A DNA stretch of 64,000 bases from positions 92,380,001-92,444,000 of the forward strand of contig OZ024746.1 in assembly GCA_964016885.1 (NCBI GenBank). Direction: 5' to 3'. This document shows, in pieces, positions 39,651-57,441 of this stretch; the stretch's first letter is position 1, and each line of letters opens with the position of its first letter. Below the pieces are notes generated by a model that had not been told where the DNA came from, searched no databases, and saw only the letters and a program-made list of their open reading frames with translations. This DNA comes from Eledone cirrhosa. Its lineage: Eukaryota. Position numbers and translations under genes: made by a program.

Positions 39651-40865
39651 CTATATATATCATGAGAGAAGTCAGCCCAGCTGTCTGCACGATGCCTTGC
39701 TCTGACGGAACTGTATTTTGGCTGGGTTTTACAGCTGAATGCTCTTCCTAACACCAACCATGTTTACAGTGTGAAACTGGGTGACACTGTTATGGGGAGA
39801 GTCTGGCCAGTTGGCTGCGCCGTGCCTTGTTCATAGTTGGGCCATGTACTGGGTGGTTCTGTTACGAGGCAAGTCTGGCCAGGTGGCTGTACTCTACCTT
39901 ACACATACACACATACATGTGTTAGGTAGGGCATCCAGCTGTAGAAATCAAGCCAGAATCAGTTCCCGTATGAGCAAGGCATGGTCAGCCGACTGGACAC
40001 TGCCCACAACAGGACAACCCGTCTAACCCATGCTAGCGTGGAAGAACGGACGTAAAACGGTGATGATGTGATGATGATACATACACATTGTACTTGATCT
40101 CCTATTGAATGTAGTTTTAAAGAGAAAAGTTGGTGAGAGCCACTATTCACTCATCTCTCCTGATAAAGATATTAACTAAATCTACCTCAACTTACATTAG
40201 AAAATGTAGACCTAGATAGCCCTATAGACAAGATTGTTAGAACTGTAGTTCTATTTGATCAAAGTTGACCTGGAACTAAATAACAACTGATAACCTTTGG
40301 TTACCGATGGTGGTTAATCTCATAACTTGGATTGTGGCCAGTCAAATATTTCATCATTATGTTGTAAATTTAGAGCAGTGATTCCCCAAAATTATTTTAT
40401 CACAGAACTCTGGATAAACCATGAAGATATACTTGGAACCCATACCTATGTTTTATGGCCAATCCCCACCATCCTAATTTTAATAAAACATCAAATGAAA
40501 TAAGAATTGTTTTAGAAAAGAAAATATTGATGGACATGGATAATGAAGAAGTGCCAAGAAATCCCTGAGGAAGGAAGCTGTAGTAGAGAAAGACCTGGGT
40601 GAAAGTGGTAAGAGCTGATCTCAAATTGCTGAAGATCACAGAAGAGATGACAAACGAATGCCACAAGGTGATTTACTGAAAAAGACCATCCAACCAATGC
40701 AAGCATGGAAAAGCAGACAAAAAATGTTGATAATGATGATGATGATGATAAAAAAAAACAATAAAATTTTATTAAAATTCACCTTGTCTCATGGAACTGC
40801 AGAAGTTGTTTGTTGAATCTACTTTGGAAAACACTGAACATTGGTAAATTAGTTTGGTTTGGAAA

Positions 40866-41225
40866 TTAGTGAGAGACAGTCTTAGACTAATCCACTTGAC
40901 AGAGTTGAAACTAGTGAGAGACGGTCTTAGACTAGTCCACTTGACAGAGTTGAAACTAGTGAGAGACGGTCTTAGACTAATCCACTTGACAGAGTTGAAA
41001 CTAGTGAGAGACGGTCTTAGACTAGTCCACTTGACAGAGTTGAAACTAGTGAGAGACGGTCTTAGACTAGTCCACTTGACAGAGTTGAAACTAGTGAGAG
41101 ACGGTCTTAGACTAGTCCACTTGACAGAGTTGAAACTAGTGAGAGACAGTCTTAGACTAGTCCACTTGACAGAGTTGAAACGAGTGAGAGACAGTCTTAG
41201 ACTAGTCCACTTGACAGAGTTGAAA
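40866..41225. repeat. Minisatellite, 45-bp unit (8 copies), followed by a (GTG/GAT)n trinucleotide tract to about 41413
   Basis: TAGTGAGAGACGGTCTTAGACTAGTCCACTTGACAGAGTTGAAAC repeated. Confidence 0.95.
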
Positions 41226-42024
41226 GTGTGGTGGTAGTGATGGTGATAGTGGGGATCATGGTAGTGGTGTTGCTGATGATAGTGGTGGTGGTGGTGGTGG
41301 TGGTGGTGGTAGTGGTAGTGGTGGTAGTGGAGTTGCTGATGAAAGAGGTAGTGGTGGTACTGGTAGTGGTGTTGCTGATGGTAGTGGTGGTGCTGCTGAT
41401 GATGATGATGATGAAACGATGCCATAGAATAGAGAAAAAAAATATAAACTTTCTTGTGAGAAATTCTCCTCTTCAGAAAGTGTTTCTTCCATCCAATGGA
41501 ATCAGTAGACTTTTGACAGTTATTCCACCATGCAGTAAATATTTTCCATTGTGTCACTGTAATATATATTTTTCTTGAAACATGAATAATTTCAAAACTG
41601 ATACCAGAAAGAAATCAAACCTCTTGTTTCTACCTTTCATGTTTAATAATTACAGAACCATCATTTTTATATGTGTTAGAGTTAGGAAAGGTAAAAGCTA
41701 GTATATTCCTGAAAGACATAAAAGTGGTTGTCATAGTGGTTGAACTGTTCAAATGGGTGAGCTGTTCAAATATTGAATTTTGAGAATCACATTTTGTTGG
41801 TAGAGCATATCTAAAGAAAATCAGTTTTAAAACAAAAATAAAATGTACACTTCTTGAAATAGTGATATTTTTTTAAAGAAAGATATGTATATTTCCCCAA
41901 GTTAGTAATCTAGTTATTCCTACTATACTGTCAACCAATATGTAATATTGTTACTATACTGTGGAACAATATATAATATTGTTATACTGTTTCTACATTA
42001 CTATTTTCATTATGTTTGTACTAT

Positions 42025-42290
42025 TCTATATCATATTCTCAATACTCCAGTCTCTATATCATATCCTCAATACTCCAGTGTCTATATATTCTCAGTACTC
42101 CAGTCTCTATATCATATCCTCAGTACTCCAGTCTCTATATCATATCCTCAATACTCTAGTCTCTATATCATATCCTCAATACTCCAGTCTCTATATCATA
42201 TCCTCAATACTCCAGTCTCTACATCATATTCTCAATACTCCAGTCTCTATATCATATCCTCAGTACTCCAGTCTCTATATCATATTCACA
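42025..42290. repeat. Minisatellite, 28-bp unit CTCTATATCATATCCTCAATACTCCAGT
   Basis: About 9 tandem copies. Confidence 0.9.
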
Positions 42291-42689
42291 GTAACTCCAG
42301 TCAAATCAGAATTATTAGAACTGTAATAGTACCTTTTTTTATTTCCGTACATTGCACAGAATTTATTTTAGAATTTAGATAGGAGCTTCTATAGAACATG
42401 GCACCGTCATTTAAACAAAATCACAAAATTTGCCACCTGGACGGAAATACTGTTAAAATTCACTGTTGTATAAAAAGAAATACAATAATACAATGCTTAC
42501 AGAACGGAAGCACAAACAAATATAATATAAAGGAAAGTGAGAGGGAAAACAGAAAAAAAAAGGAAAAGATAAAAAAACATGGAAGCAGTTAGCACACACA
42601 GTTGGGACCACATACAGCAAAAGGCAGGCGAAAGGGGTGGACAACCAGGTCACTACCAAAGTAAAAAATAACAGGAGCACTGGGAAACC

Positions 42690-45150
42690 TCTCTAATTAT
42701 TTTTGAGGAAAGCCAGCACGCTCACAGCATTACCTTGGGTGATGGCAAGGCTAAGGTGCTGGAACAACCTAGTGCCCTCACGAGTTTCACCAGTTACCTC
42801 TGTTAAGCGAGCCATCAGTGAAGATAGGAATCTCACTGTCAGAGGCCCGATGTCTCGAACACCACATGCTGGAAAATGTAGTTGGCCGATAGATCACGGT
42901 ATTTTAGGATTTTGTTCCATTTGGCTGTGGAAGCTGTGGCTCTCGCCCTAACCGCACCATCCAGGATGTGGGAAGAAGCAAAAGAGTCACTAACTGTGAC
43001 GTCCCAGACAAGGCATCTGCCTCTCGACCAGGGGCACAGAGTAAGGCCGTCAGGTCTTTTCCCATCAATTCTGGACAACCCAGATGGTTCCAAGATTGAA
43101 GGGATGTTTGCCCGGGCCAAAGCTCTCTTGAGAATAAGGTTTAGCTCCATGTGACACACTAAGCGACTGGCATTCAGGTGGCAAGAAAAACCGTGGAGTC
43201 GAGGAATTTGCCACATCGACGACTTCAAACCCAAACAAAAGTCAGCTCCTACTCTGAGAGCAATGGAGACACAAAGTTTGTCCAGGCTGAGTAGGCCGCC
43301 AACGTTAGTCATGGGTAGGGCATCAACCCAGTCACCTGAGTATTTGGCACCTTGAAAACTGATCCAACTGGTCAAAGAGGGAGTCAAAGGTGACCCTCGT
43401 ATGTATGCTGTCCCAAGCTCTCTGACTTCAACTGTCCTCCATCTTGTCAGGAACAGACAAGCTAAACTCACTCTATCATTGGAGAGCTTCATCCAGCTCC
43501 CTGTTGGAACTAATCCATGTTGGAGAGGATGTTGCTCCCCAGGGTGGAGCAAGCGTGGGTGGAGGAAAGGAAGTAGGGGAGAGAGAGGGACAAACATTTA
43601 CAAAGACCACATCCCCCAAATTGCTTGGGCAACGCAGCTTGATCGCAGGACTCTGGAGAGAATCTGACATTGATCAAGCCCTCGAGTCTCTCGAAGATTA
43701 GGTCATCGAAGCATTGGGGCAGGGCGGAAATCTGTGAGAAGAGCTGACCCTGAACATATATAGAAGCTTAGGAATCGGAAGTATGAAACCTTGATGGGTT
43801 TTGATTGCTTCATTATTCTTCAGCAACTGCTCAAGGCCAACCATCTTTGATTGGAAGATTGACTCGAAGGCAAGGTCTGTAATTGGGGCTCCTAAGGGGC
43901 ACCAAACTGATGGAGGAGGGACCGCAATGGAAGGGAAGGTCTCTGTAAACAGGTCAATTGTCTGTTGATGTTGAGAAGCCGGGTGGTTGAGGATCCAGAG
44001 CTCACATTTGGAACTATTGATCTGGAGACCCTGACGTCCAAGCTGAAGAGAACCGATTCAGACTCTCCAAGAACTTGAGTCCGGCATCACCAGCCGATAA
44101 GGAGATACCATCCTTGAGGTATTGAGGTTGAAGGCCATCAATCCTCATGCCTGAACCAGCGGGGAAGGATGAAATCGCCTTTCTGATGATATCAGTGGTG
44201 TAAACTGGTCTTAAGTATTCTGGTGGTTTGGGCCAGTGTAACTGATCATCTGGAGGTGCCAATGGGTGCTTCTCTTTCAGTCGCTCAAGAGAATCGGGGT
44301 TACACAGAGGGAGGACTGAGAAGAGAGAAAATGGACAGCCCCTTTAATGTCAAATTCGCTGAATTTGGCATTAACAACATGCTTAAGGTTAATTGGTTGC
44401 TTGTTGGTACGTAACGAGCTCGATGTCAAACTGAGGTGAGAAGTGGTTGGGCTGGACTCAAATAGCTGGAACTCCTGCTTGAGAGAGGATATGAGGGAAC
44501 CCGATTTCTCATTGTGCACATGAAGAGAGATGAGAGGGAACAAAAACAGTTTCTGCCAGTCAGACGTATTGTTGGATAAAGAAACGTTTTTCAATAAATT
44601 AGAGAGAGCAAGTGCAATGCTATTCCGAGCTCCCTTAGGGATCCGGTTGATGAGCTTCGGTTTGGATAAACCCTGGAAGGTTGCGGCAAAGAACTCGGTA
44701 GAGAGCTTGTCATCAAAGCATGGGACGTCTCCATGAAGTACATCGGAAGTTGCACTGATTACAGGTATAGTATTGAAGCCTTTCAGCTTGAGCTTTGATG
44801 ATGATGATGATGATGCCGACACACCTCCTCTGGTAGTTTTGGTAACACAGGTAACATTTAATTGTCTTTAGGTACTGGCTAGTGTGGGCACAGAGACACA
44901 ATCAGGTGGTGAGCTGGCAGCGACCAACGGTAGAGGGCCAGCGTTGGAATCGGGGAAGTGAACTAGTAAAAGAGGCAGGGTCAGCAGCATTGGTTCTAAC
45001 GGTGGGACTAGAATGGAGGTTGGGTGGTTCTGGGGTGGGCTAACAGTTGTAGGAGTGGTGGGGTTGGCAGGGTTAATTCCGTTCGGAACCTGCAGTGGGG
45101 AGGAGGGAGAGATAGGTGGAGAAAAGTTAGCTCCTCTCGTGCGTGCCGAA
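42690..45150 (-). mobile_element. Decayed CRE-clade (restriction-like endonuclease) non-LTR retrotransposon
   Basis: INRIPKGARN..., IRKAISSFPAGSG..IDGLQPQYLKD (pre-RT), GLQINSSKCE (late RT), HGFSC...H.ELN.ILKRAL, GKRPDGLTL.PW..G..LVWDVTV, K..KY, FETSG, LFQHLSLAITQGNA (RLE and C-terminus); multiple frameshifts; 5' boundary uncertain. Confidence 0.88.
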
Positions 45151-47438
45151 GTTGGTGGAGAATGAAAGGTCGAAGGCTGACCTGATGTTACATAGTCATT
45201 CCACCAAGGAGGTCACAAGGAGGTCACTTGGTTGTTCGACACATGCCTCCGCCACCGCCACCTAGAGTGGATTAGGTTAAAGTGGTGGCAACTTTATTAA
45301 TCGGCAACCACCTGTGATAGGGCGATCATCGGGTCACTAACTGGTGGAGTGAAGACATGGGTGGGCTGTGTGTTAGGATGAAGTTAGGGGTAAGTAGAGG
45401 GAAGAATAGAAAGTGGAGAGGAGAGGATAAGAGTGCGTGGAGATGAGTGTGGTCATGTGAAAGACAGATAAATACTGTGGAAGAGAAAGAGAACATACAA
45501 AGAGATGGAAAAAACATTAGAAGTAAAAATTCAGACTGTGAGTGTAATATTCCACATGGGTGAAACCGCAGTAAATTTGAAAATTGTAAAAGATAGGGAG
45601 GTGATATTAAAATATTGGGGAGGGAGAGATTGAGACTAAGAAAAAAAGAAAGAAAACAAGAACAAGAAAAAAAGGAATTAGGTGTACCAAATACAGGGAA
45701 ATGAGTGTGAGATGTTGAGATGGATGTTGTGTGTAAATATTTAAAATAGTAAATTCTATAGAGGTGCAATAATAGGACAGTGAGATATTAAAACATTGAA
45801 GGGAAGAGATTGGAATTGAGGAAAGAAATTTGAAATTAACTGGAGATAGTGGATGAAGTTTTTTTTTTGTTTTTTTTTTAGCAAAAATGATGAGAAAGCA
45901 AAAAGTGTTAATTGATTAATTGACCGTGTAGTTAAGAGGTCGTACTGTGAGATTCATCATTTTAACATTATCATTGTTTTCCAGGCTTACATGAGATGGA
46001 CAGGTTGAACGAGTCAGTTCCTATTTGGAGTTACTACTCTCATAGATGGGTCAGAGGACCACATCTCACTTAGACATTCCATTTTTGAGATGATTTCTTT
46101 TGCCAGATGCTTCTCCTACCTACTCTACTGAGTGTATTTTATCATGACTCCAGTAATAGAGAAGTTTTTGTGTCTTTGCTAAGGCTAAAATATCCTTGTC
46201 ACTCTACTCTGTGTCTGCTTATTCACCTACTAACAACCAGTACATAAAATATCCCAAGAGTCTCTAACAACACTAAAATGCAAGGTTTTAAAATCTTTCA
46301 TATACCGTATAATTTTTACATGAAAGCCCACCCAACTATTTTAATCCCAGCCTGGCTGTGACTGTCTCTACCAAACTGTTCATAGTTAAATTCAAATCTT
46401 GATCAAAACATGAAAAACAACATGGGATGTCAGTTTGTCAGTAAAACATAAAAGCTAGGGTCCTTAACTTTTGGCAGATGTCTTGATGGATTTTATACTG
46501 GGCAGAGCCAATCTCTCTCCAAGTCATAACACATAAGACAACATCTTCCAGAGAAAGAAAGAAAGAAGGTGATAGAGGAAGAATTGACCCCAGTATTGGA
46601 CTAAAACTTCATTTATTACCCTGAAAAGAATAAAAGGCAAAGTCGACCTTGGCAGGATTTGAACTCAGAGTACGGTGAGCTAAAACAAATACTAATATAT
46701 TTTTTATGAGACGGCCTAACAACTCTGCCAATTCACTGCCTTCTGTTGTACCAACATAATATACCAATGTGAAGTTATTGAACAATTCTTTGTTATATTG
46801 GAATATATACGCAGTCAATTAATTAGAAATATAGTCACCATAGAGTTATAAATTAATGGTTTCTCATTTAGGCAGAAGGTCAATAAGTTGGGGGTAGAGG
46901 AGGTCAATTAAATCAACTTCAATATGTTACTGGTACTTTATTTTATCAACCCCTATGAAGGAGTGATGCTAGAGCTGTGAAACCTTGCATGCATTAGTTT
47001 CAACTCTCCTTATTAATAACTGCATTGAAAAATAAACCTCATTTGGTCATTTCATGAGAGTATCTTGGTCAGCGTATGAACTTCTGTCAACCCTTGAATA
47101 CATATCTTTATAGTTTAGTATGGAGAAAAACATTATGACTAAAATAGTCTCTTTCAAACTCTCTTTTAGCTCTCACTAACTCTAACCATTATGCTACCAT
47201 TAGCTCCCATGCTAGTTTTATTATCAAATACAACTATTAGATACTTCCAGTAAGCTGCTTTAGTAATTATTGGTTTTCAGTTAATTGTTGTAGATCAGGG
47301 CTTCCCAACCTTTTTTGCTTCATCACCCACCACCTATATAGTAAACTAGACCACCCATGTCGGGCCACATTCACTTAAAAATATGTTTTAAATTATTAAA
47401 ATATACACAGTCATGTATATATATATATATATATACAT

Positions 47439-47474
<36 letters not shown>

Positions 47475-47533
47475 GTACACACACATTTCAGTCAACAACA
47501 CCAGCTCTCTCTTTCTCTCTGTCTCTCTCTCTG

Positions 47534-47590
<57 letters not shown>

Positions 47591-48370
47591 GTCTCTCTAT
47601 GTCTCTGTTTCAACCACTATCTCTTTCTCTCTATCTTTCTCTCTCTCTCTCTCTATTTATGAAGGTACCTGGAACCAAAGCCACTTCCTACAAGCTATTA
47701 CACCATTTTACTTTCTGCTATTTACTCAAACTTTTCATTTTTGTTAGAGAGTTTTTTTAAATGAAATTTTCTCCAGAATTTGTAAAAACCTGTAGTCTTG
47801 AATTCCTGTATTTGTTACTCAAAGACTGTTATGAATGGTAGAGAAGAAAAAGCATGAAACAGAGCTTTGGTAAATCCTATTGATTTTAGCAATCTTATAG
47901 CTAGTCTCAGTTGTTCTTATGAGCTATTCAGCCACATTAAACAATCTCATTACACATTAGTCTATAAAATCCTTTTATTTTTTCTATTCTTATACTGGCT
48001 TCAGTCTTTAGATTGTGGCCATGCTGGTGCACCAGCTTTAGTTTTTAGCTCACTACTTCAGTCTTGTACTTATTCTATCAATCTCTGTTAAACTGCTAAG
48101 TTAGAGGATATAAAGGAACACAACACAAACAAAAATAATTTTAGACTGGTATAAACATAAACACACACATATGATGGGCTTCTACACAGTTTCCATCTAT
48201 CAATTTCAACTTAAATTGTATTGGTCGAGCTATGATTGAACGTTGTCAAAGAGTTTCTGAAGTTTGGCAAATACAAAGTTGAAGCCTTTGTTCTTAGATA
48301 AAACCTTTTTTTATAATTGCTGGAGTTTTACATATCTTCATGATATTAATTTCTTTACTTATCATTTTCA

Positions 48371-50411
48371 GTAAGATCAATCTTATCAACTGTGTTTATA
48401 AGACTAATCTTACCAACTGTGTTTATAAGACCAATCTTACCAAGTCTGTGTATATAAGATCAATCTTGCCAACTGTGTTTATAAGACCAATCTTATCAAC
48501 TGTGTTTATAAGACCAATCTTATCAACTATGTTTGTAAGACCAATCTTACCAACTGTGTTTATAAGACCAATCTTATCAACTGTGTTTGTAAGACCAATC
48601 TTGCCAACTGTGTTTATAAGACCAATCTTATCAACTGTGTTTGTAAGACCAATCTTACCAAGTCTGTGTATATAAGACCAATCTTATCAACTGTGTTTAT
48701 AAGATCAATCTTATCAACTGTGTTTATAAGACCAATCTTACCAAGTCTGTGTATATAAGATCAATCTTATCAACTATGTTTGTAAGACCAATCTTATCAA
48801 CTGTGTTTGTAAGACCAATCTTATCAACTGTATTTGTAAGACCAATCTTATCAACTGTGTTTATAAGACCAATCTTACCAAGTCTGTGTATATAAGATCA
48901 ATCTTGCCAACTGTGTTTATAAGTCCAATCTTATCAACTGTGTTTGTAAGACCAATCTTATCAACTGTGTTTATAAGATCAATCTTACCAACTGTGTTTA
49001 TAAGACCAATCTTACCAAGTCTGTGTATATAAGATCAATCTTATCAACTGTGTTTATAAGACCAATCTTATCAACTGTGTTTGTAAGACCAATCTTATCA
49101 ACTGTGTTTATAAGACCAATCTTACCAAGTCTGTGTATATAAGATCAATCTTATCAACTATGTTTGTAAGACCAATCTTATCAACTGTGTTTGTAAGACC
49201 AATCTTATCAACTGTGTTTGTAAGACCAATCTTATCAACTGTGTTTATAAGACCAATCTTACCAAGTCTGTGTATATAAGATCAATCTTGCCAACTGTGT
49301 TTATAAGTCCAATCTTATCAACTATGTTTGTAAGACCAATCTTACCAACTGTGTTTGTAAGACCAATCTTATCAACTGTGTTTATAATACCAATCTTACC
49401 AACTGTGTTTGTAAGACCAATCTTACCAACTGTGTTTATAAGTCCAATCTTACCAAGTCTGTGTATATAAGATCAATCTTATCAACAGTGTTTATAAGAC
49501 CAATCTTATCAACTGTGTTTGTAAGACCAATCTTATCAACTGTTTATAAGACCAATCTTACCAAGTCTGTGTATATAAGATCAATCTTATCAACAGTGTT
49601 TATAAGACCAATCTTATCAACTGTGTTTGTAAGACCAATCTTATCAACTGTGTTTGTAAGACCAATCTTACCAACTGTGTTTATAAGTCCAATCTTATCA
49701 ACTATGTTTGTAAGACCAATCTTATCAACTGTGTTTGTAAGACCAATCTTATCAACTGTGTTTATAAGACCAATCTTACCAAGTCTGTGTATATAAGATC
49801 AATCTTGTCAACTGTGTATATAAGACCAATCTTATCAACTATGTTTGTAAGACCAATCTTATCAACTGTGTTTATAAGACCAATCTTACAAACTGTGTTT
49901 ATAAGACCAATCTTATCAACTGTGTTTATAAGACCAATCTTACCAAGTCTGTGTATATAAGATCAATCTTGTCAACTGTGTATATAAGACCAATCTTATC
50001 AACTGTGTTTGTAAGACCAATCTTATCAACTGTGTATATAAGATCAATCTTACCAACTGAGTTTATAAGACCAATCTTATCAACTGTGTTTATAAGACCA
50101 ATCTTACCAAGTCTGTGTATATAAGATCAATCTTGCCAACTGTGTATATAAGACCAATCTTATCAACTATGTTTGTAAGACCAATCTTATCAACTGTGTA
50201 TATAAGATCAATCTTATCAACTGTGTATATAAGACCAATCTTATCAACTGTGTTTGTAAGACCAATCTTATCAACTGTGTTTATAATACCAATCTTACCA
50301 ACTGTGTTTATAAGACCAATCTTATCAACTGTGTTTATAATACCAATCTTACCAACTGTGTTTATAAGACCAATCTTACCAACTGTGTTTATAAGACCAA
50401 TCTTATCAACT
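48371..50411. repeat. Minisatellite, 27-bp unit TAAGACCAATCTTATCAACTGTGTTT(A/G) with recurring 29-bp variant
   Basis: About 75 copies; the CCAAGTCTGTGTATA variant recurs every few units. Confidence 0.96.
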
Positions 50412-51979
50412 AATTACATTAACTCTATACATGACTAGTACTATATTTTAGGCCCATAACCTGCAGTTTTGGGGAGGAGGTAATTAATTACATTGATCCA
50501 CTACTTGACTAGTACTATATTATCATCATCATCATTGTTTATCTTCCATGCTAGCATGGGTTAGACTATATATATTTTATATATCCAAGAAGGATATTCT
50601 TGGAAGAATTTAACCTCAGAACGTAAAGGAGTGTAGCTGAATGCCACAAAGTCGTTTGTCCAACCAAAAACATAACACAGCACACAAAGCTGTCATCAAT
50701 AATGCAACATGTAATGAAAATAACATTAATAATAATAATTGTTTCTACTTTTGGCACAAGGCCAGCAATTATCCCAGTGTATTACTGGTACTTCATTTTA
50801 TCAACCCCGTAAGGATGAAAGGCAAAGTTAACCTCGGTGGGATATGAACTCAGACCATAAAGGGCCGTAACTCTATGCTACAAAGCATGGTGTCCAACCC
50901 TCTACCGATACTGCCAATCCAATAATAATTATTTCTACTTTTGGCACAAGGCCAGCAATTATCCCAGTGTATTACTGGTACTTTATTTTATCAACCCCGT
51001 AAGGATGAAAGGCAAAGTTGACCTCGGCGGGATTTGAACTCAGACTGTAAAGGGACATAACTCTATGCTGCAAAGCATGTTGTGTGACACTCTACCAATT
51101 ACTGCCAATCCACTGCCCTACTACTTCTACTAATAATAATAATAAAAATAATAATTGTTTCTAATTTAGGCACAAGGCTAGCAATTCAGTGGGGGAGTAT
51201 ATAGTTGATTCCAGTATATAGTTGATCCCAGTATAAAGTTGATCCCAGTATAAAGTTGATCCCAGTATAAAGTTGATCCCAGTATTTGACTGATCTTATA
51301 TTTTGTTGCCACTGGGCTGATGAAAAACCAAGTTGATTCTAACAGAATTAAAACTCTGAATGTAAAGAGTTGAAAGAAATACTGCAAAGCGTCCAACAGT
51401 AATAAGGACCATAAACTATATGATGATGTTAATATTTTTTGTGGGTCACCTCTAAACATCTGATTGGATGAAATCTGTGCTGCAAGTCTACGTTGACCAA
51501 TATCTGCTGCTGTTGTCTATTGACAATAACAATTCAAAGATGGCTGTTTTTATTGTTCAGACTATTAAACCATCAATATACTATAAAACTAATATTTAAA
51601 ACAAAATGTTCTTAATTTATGATTCTCTGTGAGATCTGAATTTTCTAGAAGCTAATGAAATATAAACTGGAAAGAATAATAAAATGTGTGTTCCAATTAA
51701 CAGGAATCTACGTTATAGCAGTGTTAAAGCTAAATTTGGGATTCTTACATAGTCGTTAATTAGGATCTTTAATAAAATTTTTATAAACGTGTTATTATTG
51801 TTGCTGTTATTGTTGTTGTTGTTAATGTTGTTGCTGTTATTATTGTTGCTGTTAATGTTGTTGAATTAGTTTTGAAACAGTTTGTAGATTTTTGTTACAT
51901 TCTAAAGAGATTGCATCAAATTCTAATTAACAATAATGAGGTTCTATTCTAAGTAAAAAATGTCTTATATATATGTCAA

Positions 51980-52024
<45 letters not shown>

Positions 52025-52523
52025 GGATATATTATACACTAATAATGATGGAGTCAAACTATAAATAGGAATTCACAATGTTTGTCACAAGTATAAAAAT
52101 ACACTTTTGACAGGTGCAATGTGTCCGAACACGGAAGAGCCGACCCCCCCCCCCGTGATCGCCCCCATCTCTCTCACCCTCCCCATCTCTCTGTATAGTG
52201 AGCAAACGGGGTCCCACATGCTGGCCTCCCCACAGCCCCGGTGGACAGAATGGAGAAGGCGCTTCCCCGGAGGATGGTAAGGGAGATGTGCTGGAAGAGT
52301 CATTCCATCTCGCGAGGCTCACACCTGCGGCTGGCCGGCTCAGCACCTATGGTGGTGAGTAGGGAGGTAGCCCTAGGGCCAAGGACACCAGGTTCTATTT
52401 GTGAAAGGAATATATCTCCTAAAGACAAAGTCAGAATTGGCTGTTGTTGCCAAAAGTTAATATCATCATAGTTGTCATCGACTTCATTTTATTCATCTTC
52501 TGATGTCATCTCTTCTTGTCACC

Positions 52524-52544
52524 CCTACTACCCTTATTGCTGCA

Positions 52545-52591
<47 letters not shown>

Positions 52592-52800
52592 CAACATCAT
52601 CATCACCATCATTAGTATTACTACACTTACCACTACTGTCAATACTTCTACCACCACCACAACTACTACTACTACTACTACTACCACCATCACAACCACC
52701 ACTACCACCACAACCACTACTACTACTACTACCACCACTACCACCCACAACCACTACTAGTACTACTACTACTACTACCACCATCACCACCACTACCAAT
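52524..52800. repeat. (ACT/ACC)n trinucleotide tract
   Basis: Direct inspection; similar tract at 5428-5515. Confidence 0.9.
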
Positions 52801-54585
52801 ACCAAATATTATTACTTTACTACAATAAACGAAGCTAGAAAGATTACCTCCCTCTACTTCTATATTGTCTAGATTTGGTCATTTCTATTGTTTACCAGGG
52901 TTTTAGATATGTTCAAATTACTTCACTAGTTCTTATATTTTGAGTTCAAATCCTGCTTTCGTCAACTTGTCATTTCACCCTTCCAGGGTTGATAACATAA
53001 TTTCCATTTATACAAAGTTTGATATTTTTAATAATTAAGGTAGATGTTTTCAACATTTAGAACATTGTTGCTAAGAGATACTAGGTACCAACAAAACTAA
53101 GTTACAAACTAATGATGTAATTGAGTGTTGAACATATTAATGTCTTATTGAAGTTTCAGTATTTTAGACCTATCAGACCTTAGATATGTGAGTATGAGTG
53201 TTATTGGTAACTTTTAACCCAGAACATGTCACCAGACTTTGCTGCTTAGGTAGACTTTATTACATTCTAGCTGGACACTCTGATTGACAATGATTCTAAG
53301 ACAGAATTTTAGAATAAACATATCGTCATAAATTGTTCTAAATCTGAGGGAAAATTAGGAGGAAGGAGTTCCATCCAGTGTCTCTCCCCCATGGTGACAG
53401 ACCTGGCCCAAGACAAGGGGAGAGTGACACTCAATAGTGAATTGATAGCCTCCCAGCCAGTGAGTTAATAAATTGAAGTGTTTTATATCCTCAATTAAAT
53501 GTCAGTGGCCGACATCTGAAACAAGAAAACTCTAAATATTTGATAAGTGGGACAGTGTTTATGCCAGGAGCATTGCAAGAGAGAGGGGGGAGGGCAGGGG
53601 TAAATGTTGTGCTCCTTCATTCATACTTTTGGATGCAGTTATGAAGGAGTGCAGCATTGCCTCTGGTCTATCATGCCTGTTAAGCCTTTACCATTTACAT
53701 TACTCTATATATACTATTGTATTTTCCTGGTGAAGGGTTTACCTCACATAATTATCGCTCATAAGATTGAATCTATGAGATTTTGATATTATTTATATTT
53801 AGTACAATACCTTAACATCAGTATGAGTGGCTGGTTACAGCTGGTTTAAACAGAAAGAGGTGAGAGAATTCTGGCCAAATGCTAAAGTGTTAAGGGAAAG
53901 GCATCAAAACTATGTTCACCCCCAGACATGGAGAACCATTGCTATATCATTATAGAGATTTTTATAGCTGAGAGAAATATTTCAAGTATCTTCTAGTAGC
54001 ATCACTGTCTCACTTTGCCTTTCATCCTTACGGGGGTCAATAACATAAAGTACCAGTAATACACTGGGTACTTGCTGGCCTTGTGCCAAAAGTAGAAACA
54101 ATTATTGTCTCAAGAGTGTCAAAAGGAATTTGTACTGTTTTATCAAGATTAATTCTTAACATCATGGAATGGTTTAATAGAAAATACTTTAAAATGGGTC
54201 TGTTAATTCAAATGTTTATAGTATATTTACTAATCGACAGTTGATTGTGAAAAGTTACAGTATTAAACACTTCACGTTTTAATGTGATCTAGTTAAACTG
54301 CTGTTTTGTACTTCTTAAGTATGCCTTGGTAATGTGATTCAATGTGGTAGAGAATTTTAGAAGTTAAAGAACTGAAGGATAATTCTTAGTTTGTTAATAT
54401 GGTAATGTCAACATAATCTCTTAACATCAGCTCCACAGTCAGCGGGGTGGGGCAATGTTATGACATTTCCAAAGACATGGCTTGTTGTTATTGTTGAAGC
54501 ATGTTAGAGAGATTGTAGTCACATATCTGTGGTGTTCTATTGAAGCAACTAATCCGAAAATATGTCTTTTATTGATTCATTGCAG

Positions 54586-54656
54586 GACTTCCTTGGAAAA
54601 CTGGAATGTACTCTGGCAGAAATTATGATAGCAAATAGATTTGTGAAAAGATTGCA
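54586..54656 (+). CDS. Copine exon: DFLGKLECTLAEIMIANRFVKRL(Q/H)
   Basis: 71 nt; tgcAG acceptor, GTaagt donor; DFLGxxxCTLxEI copine motif in phase 0 continuing the previous exon; gene start and VWA-domain exons are not seen in the window. Confidence 0.92.
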
Positions 54657-54794
54657 GTAAGTTAAATAAATAAAAAAATTATATATATATGTATCTATGC
54701 ATGTGTGTGTGTGCGTGTGTGTGCGTGCATGTATACATATAGATGTATATAATGTGTTTGTCTATATATGTAGGTACATAATGTTTTGATACCT

Positions 54795-57440
<2,646 letters not shown>

Positions 57441-57441
57441 T

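Noticed and set aside
40772-41557. His-rich 261-aa ORF
   Set aside because: Composed of a trinucleotide tract and a 45-bp minisatellite
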